A DNA stretch of 64,000 nt from Eledone cirrhosa (taxonomy: Eukaryota), in NCBI GenBank assembly GCA_964016885.1, contig OZ024742.1:49848001-49912000 (forward strand), written 5' to 3'. Positions 30,816 to 45,385 of this stretch are shown here, piece by piece (the stretch's first letter is position 1; every line of letters starts with the position of its first letter). Position numbers and translations under genes: made by a program. The notes under the pieces were generated by a model. The model saw nothing but the letters and a program-made list of their open reading frames with translations, was not told where the DNA came from and made no database searches.

Positions 30816-30945
30816 TGCTATTTCTATACCACAGGGCACAAAGCCTTGTAGTTTGTAAATATGTCGTTTACTGTATAAACTCAGGCCGTTAAAGTGGACC
30901 ACACATAAATAGTTCGTAAGAAAGAAAATATATATATATACATGC

Positions 30946-31023
<78 letters not shown>

Positions 31024-31095
31024 CATCATCATCCTCGTTTTTACATCTGCTTTTCCATGCTTCCATATATATAAAAAACGAGGATAATGAAATAC

Positions 31096-31142
<47 letters not shown>

Positions 31143-31671
31143 AAAGTGACAATTCTTTGCCATTTTGAATTCGTTTCTGGTGAGAATCATTTAAGAAAAA
31201 TCTTTGTCCAATTGAGTTTGTTTCCTTATGATTTCGAAACTCGTTGATTTATCCATGATCAGATATTTCCAAAAAGCGAATAAAACCTCCGGGGGTAGAA
31301 ACATAATTTTGGTATGTTTATGTACTACATTTTTTCTTCTAACTTTGATTTTGTATCTAATTGTGTATGGTTAGCTATATGCCTAGTCAATTTCTACGCG
31401 CTATTAGAAATACGAGGTAAATATTCTGTGGCTGTGGATCGCGCATAAAATAGCTATCATTTATTAATCTATTGTTTCTTCATAGGTACATTTTAAACTT
31501 ATAGCCTCGTTTAATTGATTTTTGATGTGGTTGATTATGCTGATTGGGAGGAGAAATACTGTATATATTTTATCAAATGATTCTATGGACTTACTTCCTT
31601 ATTGTTGCTCTGGTTGTTGATTATTTAATTAATTAATTCGTCATTGAGCCACACTGTGAATGGTTGCCAAA

Positions 31672-31713
<42 letters not shown>

Positions 31714-31749
31714 TCTGTCTAGTTTATGTATATGTAAACCTCTATATTT

Positions 31750-31782
<33 letters not shown>

Positions 31783-31783
31783 G

Positions 31784-32025
31784 TCATCATGATCCTCATT
31801 TTTACATCTGCTTTTCCATGCTTCTATGATTTGGATGGGTCCTTCTCAACATGGTATCAGTCCAATTGTTGTGTTCTTTCCTCATCTCCTCTGCTGGTCA
31901 TAGTAATTTGAGGTCAGGTCTTTCTTGGTCATCCTCTACCGTGGCTTCCTTCCACTGGAATTTCCACATATTTCTTCACCCATCAGTCAGTGTCCATGAA
32001 CATCACATGTCCAAACCAATACAGT
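31784..32025 (-). mobile_element. Decayed RTE LINE 3' fragment
   Basis: Homologous to 37445-37700; tail catcatgatcctcatttttacatctgcttttccatgc directly after (TA)n. Confidence 0.7.
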
Positions 32026-32520
32026 CTTATGCATACATATGTATACATATGCATACATATGTATATTCGTTGGACCTGATTATGTGATTATGTGTTCAGT
32101 TCTAATTCAGTGCTAACATCTTGAGAAAGACAGTTGCAGTGATATTGGTTTTGATGGCAAAGTGATTGATTACATTGCTTATCTGAAATAATATATATTC
32201 TATCTCTGTCTTCTCAGGAAAATGTTTCTTAAACATTCTAGTATTTGTTAAATTTAGACACCAAGCAATAATCTATTGCTGATGCAAATTTCTAAATTCT
32301 AAGAAATTTAAGTAAAATAATATCCTATATTGTTCATCTGATAAGGTTATCTCATATATGTTTGCCTTCATAATTTTTATAGATAGAATAACTCCCTCAA
32401 TACTTAGTTGTATATAGTGCATGTGTGTGTATGTGAGTGGATGTCTGTGTTTGTGTCTCATAAAATGTTGATAAAGTAAGAACCAGGCTCGACGAAATAA
32501 GTTCTAGAGTAAATATCTAC

Positions 32521-32830
32521 TTTGCCCACTTATTCTTGAGAAGGTCATTGGGGCAAAGTCATCAAACGCTCCTTCCAGCAGGTTCTGTCAGAAGCAACCA
32601 TCTCCAACTGATCCGGCTGGATCCGGCTAGCCAAGTTCTTGTATGTTATCCAAACGTCTTGCTCGAGGTCTACAGCTGAGTCTCTTGCCAGTTTGTTTTG
32701 CTTGTAAAATCTGTCCAGCAATTCTCTCCTGAGACATTCTAACAACATGTCCATAGTATCAGAGCTGTGATCTATTAATTCGGGGATGTAGCAGCTCCAG
32801 CTGAAGTGACTTTCTGATCTTTGAGCTACA
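32521..32830 (-). mobile_element. Decayed RTE (Expander-like) 3' fragment
   Basis: Homologous to 180-460 and 4250-4550 (..QPDQLEMVASDRTCWKERL). Confidence 0.7.
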
Positions 32831-35046
32831 CACAAAGCAGTGTCCCAGCATAGCTACACTCAACTGGTTGTAGCAAGTAAAAGAATACATAATATCTAAA
32901 CATTTTTATTTTGTCTTCTTTAACACATTTCTTTGATTCAAATCATTTCACAAAAAATTATAGGCCATGTGTATTGAGTTTATATTTAGAACACAGTGTC
33001 TCTGTATGTCATAAGAGACTAAATGGGTTAGTTTCAAGAAGGGCATCCAGCTGTAAACCTTGACTCAAAACATCCCATATATCCCATACTATCATGGAAA
33101 ATTATCTGCTGATGACGATGATGATGAAACATGGAACTCAGCAGAAATAAAATCTTCTGGGGAATTGGTTCTTCAGATTGTAACATATCAACGATGGTGA
33201 TGAAAGAAATTGTATATCCTTTCTGATCCTTTTTTGCTGTATTATATTGTCTGTTGTATAGAAATATACATGGCAGTTACTGGTCTACCTAGACGAATGA
33301 GTGATGGAGTTATTGTTTAACTGGAATTTGTGTGTGTCTATTCAGTTACAGCAAATTGTCCCCCATGACCCACTTGCAGCCTGATGGGCTTTCTAAATAG
33401 CTTATCTAATTTCAAAATTGCCTTGAATTTTGGAGTAGTATGGCTTGTCTTATGATGAGCCACATCATATGTGGCTCTCTGCTTAATAAAGGTTGCCCAT
33501 GCCATGAAAAAGCAATATCATAGGACTACAGTAATGGAAAGGAAGATGGGGTGTTTGGGAGAGAGAGATAAGATGATTAAAAGTGATAAGAATGAGTACA
33601 ATAAGCAGGTTTAGATTTATGTGTGATGGTATACAATTAAGATCTTTATGACTCTAATACATATACTATGTGGATGTATATGTACACATGTATATGCATG
33701 TATGTGTGTGCTTAAATTTATATATATATATATAAGCAGTTCCAAAAGCCATCTAAAGACTGATTTCTCTGTTTAAAATTATACATACATTTATATTTGT
33801 ACACACACGCGTGTGTGTGTATGTGTACAGATGTATGTCTATGTATAACTATAAATAGATAAGTCAGTGTCTAGATGGCTTTTGGAACTGCTTATTATAG
33901 TATCAAATCTTGCTTATGCTTCATTAACACCTAATATATGTATGATAATTGTAGTATTTTTACCTCAGCTAAAGGGTGTTTGTAGAAGTTGTATTAAATC
34001 TTGGTAACTCAAATATATCAATTGGGGATTATTTTATTGAGCTCAACTGGATACGATCCAAGGTCAACTCTGATCGAATTTAAACAATATTATTTAATTC
34101 ACAGCAATTAATAGAATAAAATATGCACTTTAGTCTTTTTGTTTTATTACCAATGTTATGCTGCTTGTTAGAGGTAGTAAAACTTGTAAAAATAAAACTA
34201 TTCTGATGCAGTATTTTGTATTCTAGTCTGTCCTTCTCAATACAGATAATGTTTGGCATGGAGAAGAATAGACATTTATATTATTTAATGTTCCTACATT
34301 AACATAAATGTTATTCCCTTCTTAATACAAATCTATATCATGACTAATGATAACTATTCTACATGGTTTTCATTCATTGTAGTTAAGGCAACTGCTTCTT
34401 TGATGAAGAAATACCAGCTTACAAAAGTGCATTATACATAAGCCCTTTCTTTTCACAATTTTTTAGTATCAAAAATAGCACATGTGGAATTCCGTTTGTT
34501 TGAAGTCTTTGATGTATTTCTATGGAAATTTTCATTTTATTTTATCTAATGTGCTGGTTTAAGACTTAAAGCAGTTTTAAAATGAGCAAATGAAATTTAA
34601 AAAAAAAAAATAGTAATAATTTTTTTCTTTGAAATCTTTTATTGCATTAATCACATCAAACTCAGAAAATGTATTAATAATATTATCAATTAAATAAATC
34701 TTTGTAATTTCATAGAAGCAATAGATCTATCAAATATATATGAAACAAACTTTATCCATAGTTTGAATTTACATATGAAGAAAAATGTACTAAAGAGTAA
34801 AATGAGAAAAATAGCTAAATTAGGAAACTAAAATTTAAAATATATTCATATTTAATTATAGAATTTTCTCAATAAACATTGCTATTATATTCTTTGTTGC
34901 TTTCCACGGAATAGAAATAGAAATATATGTAAAATGTTGGATAAAACTTTTACTAGAGGCATCAACAGTGTTATTAATACACTTGTGTTTATAGAAAAAC
35001 ATTTTTTTTTTTAATTTTCAGATCTGTAAACATTATTACTTATATT

Positions 35047-35232
35047 GGCGGTGGATTGGCAGTATCGGTAGAGGGTCGGACGCCATGCTTTGATGCATAG
35101 AGTTACGGCCCTTGCTATTCTGAGTTCAAATCCCGCCGAGGTTAACTTTGCCTTTCATCCTTACGGGGTCGATAAAATAAAGTACCAGTAATGTACTGGG
35201 TAATTTCTGGCCTTGTGCCAATAGTAGAAACA
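35047..35232 (+). mobile_element. Full-length tRNA-derived SINE with 15-bp target-site duplication
   Basis: A box tggcagtatcgg, B box gagttcaaatcc, Nin/Deu-type core; TSD attattacttatatt at 35032-35046 and 35233-35247. Confidence 0.92.
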
Positions 35233-36827
35233 ATTATTACTTATATTGTGAGAAATATGTTTAACATATTCTTGTAGACGTTAAGAATCAAGGAAATGAA
35301 ATTTAGAGCCTAGCTTTTGATATGATTTCTTAATTCATAGTCAAGCTACTATACAATTACACCTAGAATAGTACGTTTTAGCTAGAGGTTAACAACTAGA
35401 AATATAGGGAATAATAAGGCAAGATTGAGGGAATGATATTAAAAGTATATGATAAAACATAATAATTTTGAAAATATAATTAGTAATGTATAATGCATTA
35501 TATCAAAATTGTGCCAGCATTGAAAAGTGGCAAAACAAAGGTTGTTTGTATTGCTTATTGAGATGGCATTAGTAGTATTGGTGGCAGTGGTGATGATGTT
35601 GATGGTGATAATAATGATTCAATTTGCACAGGAGGGGTGTGGTGGTGTGTGTTGTGTGTGTGTGTGTGTGGGGGGGGGGGGGGGCAATGGTTGTGAGTGA
35701 AGTGGTGGTGGTTGCGGGGTTTGTTTTGGTGCCAGTGGTGGTTGTGACACTAGGATGATGATGTTGATAAAGGTTTCTTACTCCAATTTACAAACTATGG
35801 TGGGGGTGTTGGTGGAGATGGCAGCAGTAGTTGTGTTAGTGGTGATGATTATACTGACAGGATTTGTTATGCCAATTTAAACATGGAGGTAGTGGTGATG
35901 GCGTTGATGATTATAATGGTCATGCTTTCCTACTCCAGTTTAAACACAGACCTGTTTGTGTGAAGATGTTGATTTTCTACACCAATTTAAACATATATCT
36001 ATTGGTGGTGATGATTTCCTACTCCAATTTTAATATGGCAGTCATCAATATCTGAATGGAAATGATTAACACTCTATTTACAGCAAATTATTGTGACAAT
36101 CTTATTTTACATACAAATACAAAAATCATAAAATATTAATATATAATATCCTGTTTTATCATAAATATTTTGTGTCATTTCTTTTGATTTTTTTGGTATC
36201 CTATAAGACCATCATGTGATAATACATTTTGTAAAAGATAATCATGATCTATACATACATAAGGAACATTAAAAATAGTTTTCTTTTGGGAGAAATAACC
36301 AACAAAAGTGTTGTTGTAATGGGAAAATACAGTGAATGCCTCTATGCTAAACCTCTTTAGTGGAATATCAACAGTATTGTTCCCAAAATAAAACTGAATC
36401 AGAACGGCTACTACTTGACCCTTTCATTATCATATTTCTAATGAAAAACTGCATATGAATTTCAAATAATCAATATTTTGGTGGGTGGGGAACAATAATT
36501 CTTACAGAAAATCATGATTGAAGGTATTTAGAGAAATATAAATATCATAAAACAAATAATTTTGAATCATAGAACCAGGGTTAGTTTCAGATAGTTTGGT
36601 ATCAAAAGGTTAATATATGAAACCTAAACAGAATCAGAGGCAGTATAAGATAGCTTTGAGGAAAAAGGTTTTATTTGTTATTGATATATGAAAAAATAAT
36701 GGGATTGCTGTAAACATTCCCAAGAGGAGTGTTTGGCAGAATCTGATACCTCAGTATAAATAATATGCAAAATACTTTCTGAAACCATGTTATATATCAT
36801 TGCGGTATGTTTATGGGTATATATAGA

Positions 36828-36903
<76 letters not shown>

Positions 36904-37444
36904 TGACTTGTACAGCCAGATATCTATAAATCTCATAGACAGTTTGTGTTCAATCTTTCTATGATACTCCCTAAAGAAGCATCAATCCAGTTCAGTAGAT
37001 ACAAATATAATTTGTGTGAGTGTGGATGTTTGGCATGTGATGATAAGAACAATTTGAGCAATTAATAATGTTAGCACCAGGATATCGCATATATAAATTC
37101 TTTAGAATTATTTGGCTCTATCAATATCTTAGCAAGATTATATACGCGGATATATTTATGCATATATGTATTCATCTATCTGTTTATTTCCCCACTAACT
37201 ACCTCAATACTAACAATAATATCTACCTACCTACCATGACTACTTGAATTGCATTTAATGCAATCGTAAACCAGGCTCAGCACTCAGGAATAGTCAATGT
37301 TTTAATTTGTTTAATGAGCCAGTGCGCTAAGGTGTCGAACCTTAATTTTGCCGATGTAGCTATGAGTAGTCTTGAGCCTGATTGCTGGTGAAACATCTCA
37401 TTCTTTGACACACACACATGTGTGTGTATATATATATATATATA

Positions 37445-37702
37445 TATCATCATCATCATCATCATTTTACATCTGCTTTTCCCTGCTCGCAAGGGTGGGA
37501 CTGGTCCTATTCAGTACATCATCTCTCCACTTGTCACGGTCCTTTGTCATCTCCACCATGAGCTTCAGCGATCTGAGGTCTGCTCTCACCACCTCAGCCC
37601 ATGTTTTTCGTGGTCTTCCTCTACGTCTTCCTTCAACTGGCATTTCTTGGCACTTCTTCACCCATCGGTCATCCTCCATGCACATCACATGTCCATGCCA
37701 GT
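37445..37702 (-). mobile_element. RTE LINE 3' fragment with (GAT)n tail
   Basis: WHGHVMCMEDDRWVKKC..VEGRRRGRPRKTW..DRDKWR; the tail abuts (TA)n. Confidence 0.85.
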
Positions 37703-38130
37703 TCTAGTCCTGTAGAAGCCATTTCTATATTAAATATATATATATATGTGTGTGTATCTCTATATATATGTGTGTGTATATATATATATAAGAGAGCCAA
37801 GGTTTTCAAATAAAATCCATCTTTAATATTTACTGTCATTTGTATACAGATGATAAGCTTACATGCTTAAGCAAACAATGAATCAATCAATCCGAATTAA
37901 TTAACAGTTATTTACACAATACACTCAACACCTACATATCAGGATCTTTATGTGGGATTGCATTTAAAAACAACACTTATCCATAACATTGGCATTATCA
38001 AATGTTGAATATAGGCAAGCAATGAAGAAAGCAGGTGAGGCAGGGTAGACATATAATGCGGTAATTATGTTGAAGAAGTATATTTTTAGGCTTAGGAATA
38101 AGGCAGCATATATTATTACTAGTAGTAGTA

Positions 38131-38343
38131 GGGTGGTGGTTTGGCAGTATTGGTAGAGTGTCGGATATAATGCGTCGTAGCATAGAGTTACGGCTGTTTA
38201 CGTTCTGAGTTCAAATCCAGCTGAGGTTAGCTTTGCCTTTTATCCTTACAGGGATGATGAAATAAAGAACCAGTAACGGATTAGGGGTGATTTAATCGAC
38301 TTTCTACTCCCTAAATATTGTGCCTAAAATAGAAATAATTATT
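38131..38343 (+). mobile_element. tRNA-derived SINE (same superfamily as 35047)
   Basis: tggcagtattggtagagtgtcgga..ctgagttcaaatccagctgaggttagctttgccttttatcc. Confidence 0.8.
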
Positions 38344-38620
38344 GTTTCGTGTAAGTATTAGAAAGCAAAATACAGAGAAGGAATCGAAAGGTTTAAAATC
38401 CACACAATAATTAAGTAGTTCTTGCATTAATATATATATAATAGGTAAGTAGATAATTATTATTAGGCCAGTTACTCAAATATGATAGATCATGTGCAGA
38501 AAATAAATATGCCTTGATAATAAATAGCATACTGAGTTATGATATCTAGTGGCAAATTTAAATCAGGCTTTATCTGAAGTATGGAGAGATGCCTTGAAGT
38601 GTGGAAATGTGGACGGAAAA

Positions 38621-38669
<49 letters not shown>

Positions 38670-38756
38670 TTTATATGAAAATTCGGGACTCTGACGGCTG
38701 AGCTCCTGCTGTTTCAATAGTTAGTTCCAGACTCTGGAACTAGCTGTCTATCTTGT

Positions 38757-38804
<48 letters not shown>

Positions 38805-40096
38805 CAGAGAGTTAGTTAGTTTTGATGACATTAAAGACACTATAAACTAAATGAGATAGCTATCATACTATCATAAAAAAATGAATGCTGAGACATACAT
38901 TATGTATACCTGAAACTTACCACCCATGATATGACATGATATACATTTACATCTCAAATACCTCAGTATTTAGTATCCATTGTTACTTTCCAGATTTATT
39001 TAGTTGACAAATTTTTTACTTTCTTACATTTCATGGCAACCCTTATATAACAAGTTAAAATAGATCAATATCTCATACCTTCACCAGTGTTTGTATAAAT
39101 TACATCTCAATGTATACTAGTCTAAAAAAAATTAAACTTCTAATATTTATTATAATCATTACGTATTATATAAATAATTTAATTAATAAATTTGTAAAGT
39201 TGATGTATTTGCATTTCCCTATTTTGAGTCGATAAATAAAAGTGCTAGTCAGGTACTGGGGTTGATTTTTCCACTGTATCTCTTTCTCATTTCCACACTC
39301 TAATTCTTTCTTTTTCTCTGGATGAAATTCGCTTAGAGAGGGGTGTATTCCAACAAATTTAAAGGATCCAAATCAAAAATGCCACTATGATTTCCTCAAG
39401 GTTTAGTTTCCATACATACAAAGGTGGTATATATTTTGATAACGTAAGAAGATATGTTTTCATTAATAGTATTATTAACATAGTCACTTACAGATATGAA
39501 ATCATTTTCTGGAAGTATATTGCACTGTCATATTAGTGAAAACTTTGCAAGAGATCTAACTTATTCTTCATTTGTTTGAAATAATGTCTTATTTCTGTAC
39601 ATCCACTAAATATATTCAATAAGTTTGACTACTATTTGATATATTGTCATTTGATAAGCAGAATATTTTATCAATTGAGACAGAATTTTTATCTTGGAGA
39701 TATATAAGTGATGTTAAAAGAAGTTAAACAGAAAATGACAATGTCACGTCTTTTTCTTTCCATGCAAGACATATTTCATATATTAAACATAATGGAGACA
39801 AGAACTGCACACTTTAAGCTTACACACTGATAAGAATACACACATACCTACACACACACACACACACACACGCACCCACACACACGCACACGCACACACA
39901 TACACACACACACACATATATATATATATTTATATATACATATAAATGTACATACATAGATGCATACATAAATGTATGCATGCATACATACATACATATA
40001 TTCATGCTTACATACATAAAGATATACTTACACACAGACATATAGATATGTGTGCATGTATATATATATATCTATCTATATATATATACAAGGATG

Positions 40097-40138
<42 letters not shown>

Positions 40139-42499
40139 ATGTATATATATATATATATATCTGTGTGTGTATGTATATATATATATATATATCTGTGTGT
40201 GTATGTATATATATATATATATATATGTGTGTGTATGTATGTATATATATGTGTGTGTGTTTGTGTGCATGCATGTATATGTGTGTGTGTGTGCATGCAT
40301 GTATATGTGTGTGTGTGCATGTGTGTGAATGCACACACATTCACACATATATGCATACATATATACATAGATACATATTTACACATACACTTTCTTCAAA
40401 CTATGCTGGTGTTCAATGCTTAGCAATGCTAAAAAGAAATGGACTCAGGATATCAAAAAATAACAACATATAATGCTTATGTAAGATAAAAAAATACAAG
40501 ACAGACATGAGTTTAAAGAAATTAAAATCTGTAGAGCACATGATTACATCGCCATTACATTTGTCATCACTATCATCATATTCATCATCATCACCAACAT
40601 CGTCACATTATTATTATTATTGTTATTGATCTTCCTCTTATTTATTTGTTAATTAATTATTCTTATCATTATTATTATCAATATCATTGTTATTATTATT
40701 ATTATTATTATTAGTTAATTTTTTTTCTGCCTGTAAGTGGATCACTTCAGAGATAACTTTTAAGGGAGAAACCTATCATATCTCTGAGTGACAGCGGAAC
40801 TGTCATTCTGCTTTTAAGGATCCTAGATACTTCAAGAGATGTAATTCTCCTAAGCAATATCAAAGTCTACAACAACAACAAATATTCATATTTATCTTTG
40901 TTTTGTTTTGTGAATTTCATTTTATTCGGTTTTTTAGTTCTTATATTTTCATCTACTGTCAATGAATTAGACAGTGAAAAGTAAACATATTTCAACACTT
41001 CATTTCTCTCTGTCTCTCTCTCTTCCTTCTCTTTTTGTTTCATTCTCTCTCTCTCATTTTCACCCTCCTTCTTCACTTTTCCCTCTCTCTCTCTTATGCT
41101 CTCTTTTTTTTCAGTCTTTCACTCTCTCTATCTCTATTACTCTTGACTTTTGATAGTTCTAAACCTATATCATTTACTCACTCCCCCCTCACTCCCTCTT
41201 CCTCTTCTCTCCGTATATTTATACATCCATCTGTCTATTTATCTCTCACACTGCATCTCTTACCCACTTCTCATTTTGATTCTATTTTCTTATATTTTCT
41301 CTTTCTATTATAACCCCTCTCTCTGCATTTAGTTCTTATTAATCCTTCTTCTACATATTCCTAAGTGAGACATGGAGTCAGGCTCCACAGACATGTCTGC
41401 CTAAGGGTCCTCTCAGACGCAACTGTCTTAAAATGAAGAGGATAGATCCCCATGCATGGCCAACTGATCATGTTGATGTTATGTCTTAATCATGACCTAC
41501 CTCTGAGTTTCTTGCCAATTTTTTTTTCTGTAAAAGCTGTCCAGTGATTCTTTCCTTAGCCATTCTACCTACATGTACTTCTCTTGTTTAGATATTTTCT
41601 TTTTTTCTTTTTCTTCCCCTGATCTCTGTCTAGGTTGGATTCCCTTATATCACTCCAGCCACTTGCTCTGTCTTCTCTTGCTACTATTACTACCACTACT
41701 ACTAGTAATAGTATTAATAGTAACAATAACAACAGCAGTCTTAGGTTATCGTTAATACTAACACTGTATATAGCATATATATCATCACTTCCATCTTTGA
41801 CAGCACTATCATCACAGCTGAAAGTAAAATACTTCATGCAACTTTCAATATACTCCAATACTACAGTAAAATATCAAAATGGTTATGCCTCGCTTTTAAT
41901 AAAAAAAACATCGTAACACATAACACAGTTCTTAAAATTACTAGGAACACTGTTTCCACCACTATGTAAAAAAAGGTCAGTAAAAATGTCAGCAGTAGTA
42001 TTTCTTCAATAGAATTAAACTGGAATAACCTATTGAAAAACAACCTGTCCAAGCCAACTTTGATTCTCTGAAACAAAAACAACCCATTTTAAATGGTTTC
42101 TATTTCAATGCAAACCTTCAGAGACAATTTTACATTTGTTAAGTTACATTATAAATGCCATTTCAATAATGAAATAATTAATAATTTTAGTAAATATATC
42201 AAAATTATTCAATAACTAATTCAGAAATGGTTTATTTTGTCAGAAATATGGTAACAAAATGGGTTAAGACACCATACTGACTGGAATGAGTACTTTGATA
42301 CTCCTGCTAGATCTTATAATTACCATCATCTTCTTGAATCTTCCAATGCCTTCTCTTAGGAGAGACAACAGTTAATGCAACTGTCTAGAGAGAAGTACCT
42401 TGATTCTTGATGATAAATTCACCCAATACTCTTTTTGATATGGTTGGTTTTGGAAGGCATCCATGTAAAAATTAGTTGAAAAGTCTATCTAGTCATACT

Positions 42500-43375
42500 A
42501 AATGAGCATTTCCAGCCAATGTTTTCTATTTGCTATATGCAAATGAGGATCCCCAGCACATGTTCATCATCATCATCCTCATTTAATGTCCATTTTCCAT
42601 GCTAGATTGGGTTAGACAGGCTGGCCCATTGTGAAACAAGCCAGGTCCGATGACCATAACTTGCTCATACATACAGGAATAGGTTTGCGCCTGGTTTCTA
42701 TGGCTGGATGCCCTTCCTAACACCAACCACATTTACCAAATCTATATAGATGCTAGTATATTTACATTTCAGTACTGTTTGAGTTGAAGTCACTGATGAG
42801 AGATTAACGAATCTTCAAACAGCACTGTCTAGCATTCTCAACAGTTGATGTCTATGACATGTTCACATGCAAAAGGGTGAAAAATATATCTTTCTTAACA
42901 GAACTTGTTTTCGTGATAGTGAAGCTCTCATATGTTTATTGTATATGAATATTTGATATATACTTTCATATAAACCTATATTGTGCTTAATGCTGTCTTG
43001 GTGGTATGGCTAATTAATAATAACCAGCCAAGTTCACTGTATGCAAATGATCATTTCCAGCCTATATTTACTATTTGCTATATGCAAATGTGCATCTCCA
43101 GCAAATGTTCATCACATGAAATCTGTTTATTTTCATCTTATTATTGAATGACTGGATATCCATGATAAGAAATTAATGAACCTTGAAATAGCTCTGCCTA
43201 GCATAGATAATTGCTAGTGATATATCTCTAATATCTTCATAGAGCTAAAGAAAGAAAAGTAACTCTTTCACGATGAGAAATATTGTTGCTATGGTACCAA
43301 CAATCATATATTTATTGTATATAAACATATAGTATGTTTTCATTTACAACCCTATTATGCTTAAAGCTCTCTTAG
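42500..43375 (+). repeat. Old ~370-bp tandem repeat with two decayed hammerheads, interrupted by a SINE/RTE tail (42566-42735, -)
   Basis: 42507-42570 resembles 43052-43113, and 42910-42995 resembles 43265-43370; HHR remnants at 42789-42834 and 43161-43203. Confidence 0.6.
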
Positions 43376-43813
43376 TGCTACAGGCAATAACAAAAACACA
43401 CCATATATATATACCTATATATATATATCTATATATGTGTATATATATATACATATTTATGTGTAAATATACACATGTATATATATATACATGTATATAT
43501 ATATTTGTATATATATGTGTACATGTATATACATGTATATATATTAGTAATATCATTATATAACATTCTGCACATGGCTGGGCTTTTCGGTGCACAAACA
43601 TCAGATTGGGATCATGGAAACTGTTATAGCAGTCAGGGTACTCTAGCATTTTACCCTCATAAAGTTGTCTTCATCACTGATTAATAAAAATGTACACTCT
43701 GACTAGCTGAGTTCAAATCTTTATAATTTGAAATTAGTTGTTCATCGAATGAGTGGGGAAACAGTTGAAGTTATGCCTGTTCTATTCAACTTGCTTCATC
43801 TCCTAGAACTATA

Positions 43814-43857
<44 letters not shown>

Positions 43858-45306
43858 GAGGTTCAAGATCCCAACGACAGAGCTCATGCCATTTTGGTGG
43901 CTACTTCAGAAATAGCCATCAAAACGACTTGAGCTCTGCCGTCGGGGTCTTGAACTTATTCCTATTACCCACTCTACTACCCTAAGTATTGAGTACTCTG
44001 CTGCATTATGGTCCACCTGGTACCTTACCACACTTCCTTCGTTATTTATATATATTTATATCTGTGTGTGTACTTTTCATCAATTTCATCTGTTTCCCCA
44101 CCACCATCACTCTTGCATTGCTTCTTATGTGGATTACTTTTCATCGTTCATGCAAATTTAAAATTTAGATTTTCATAATCATATTCCCATCATTACCAGC
44201 AACTTAACCATAATTAAAACCTAATTCCTCAACCCCTGTCTTACTCTCTCCTATATTCATGTTTCACACTGTGGTGCCCTCTCAAAATATTTCCTGCCAA
44301 TATTCTGTAGTGATGTAAACAAGTGAAATTCCTTTCACAGTTATGGAAATGTCGGGTCAGGTGTCAGATCAACAAAACTTTTGAGAGGGATATTTGGTAG
44401 ACAGAAAGTATTTTGTTTAGGTAGACTTGATACCCCAGCATAATCTAGTGTTGCCTATTAGCCTATCTTCAGAGCAGCAAAACTGTCAAGAATGATCTTT
44501 GGAAGATAGAAATTGTTTTGTTGTGGTAGTCTTAATACCACCTAATGGCCCATATTGCCTTTTAGCATAGCCTCAGAGCAGCCAAACAACTGAGAGTGAT
44601 ATTTGTTTAGATACAAAGTGTTTTGGTGTGGTAGACTAAATAGCCACACATGACCCATAGTTAACTTTTGCTAACTCAACTCAACTACATACATTTAGAT
44701 CAGACCTGTCTGAGGACAATTTGCTCCCACCAGTCTCAGAGGCCCTGTAAATTATCTTAGCTGCTGCCCTTCTTCCCTGAATAATCTTAAACCTATGAAA
44801 AATTGATCAACTATTATATATAGTTACCCATGTGATCTGGTGTATTTGAGTCTGCAAACATTTTGTCTTGTATCTTGATGTGAATGTATGTGTCTGTATG
44901 CCTCTGTATATGTGTGTGTATGTATGTCTCTATGTGTGTATGCTTTAGCTAACTTAGCTGGCTTGTCTTTTGTTCCTCTCTATAGTTTCAGACACACCAT
45001 CAGTACACACCACTGTCTCTTTATCCTATCATTCGTTGCTGTTGCGCTCAGCACTCCTGCCAGTATTACTGACCACACCTTGCTTAAACTGAGTAATTCT
45101 GGCTGCTGACGACACATATAATCAGGGGTGAGTTTACCTTTCATTTACCTGGTGTCACCTATTTTTCTATAATTCTATAATATTCTCAAAGCAATTATTC
45201 ACATATCTATATGTCAATATGTTGCAAACTATATATATACACACACACACTCACATAAACATATATATGTGTGTTTTTGTGTGTGTATATAGATATATAT
45301 ATATAC

Positions 45307-45385
<79 letters not shown>

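Larger units (their letters stand above)
30215..30928 (-). mobile_element. ~440-bp partial tandem repeat with two hammerheads (retrozyme/pLTR-like)
   Basis: cggaacaagtaaacattaa occurs at 30223 and 30666; (TA)n on both sides. Confidence 0.85.

Noticed and set aside
33107-33142. CTGATGA cgatgatgat GAAA as a hammerhead
   Set aside because: It arises from the (GAT)n tail of a SINE/RTE end and has no stems II or III.
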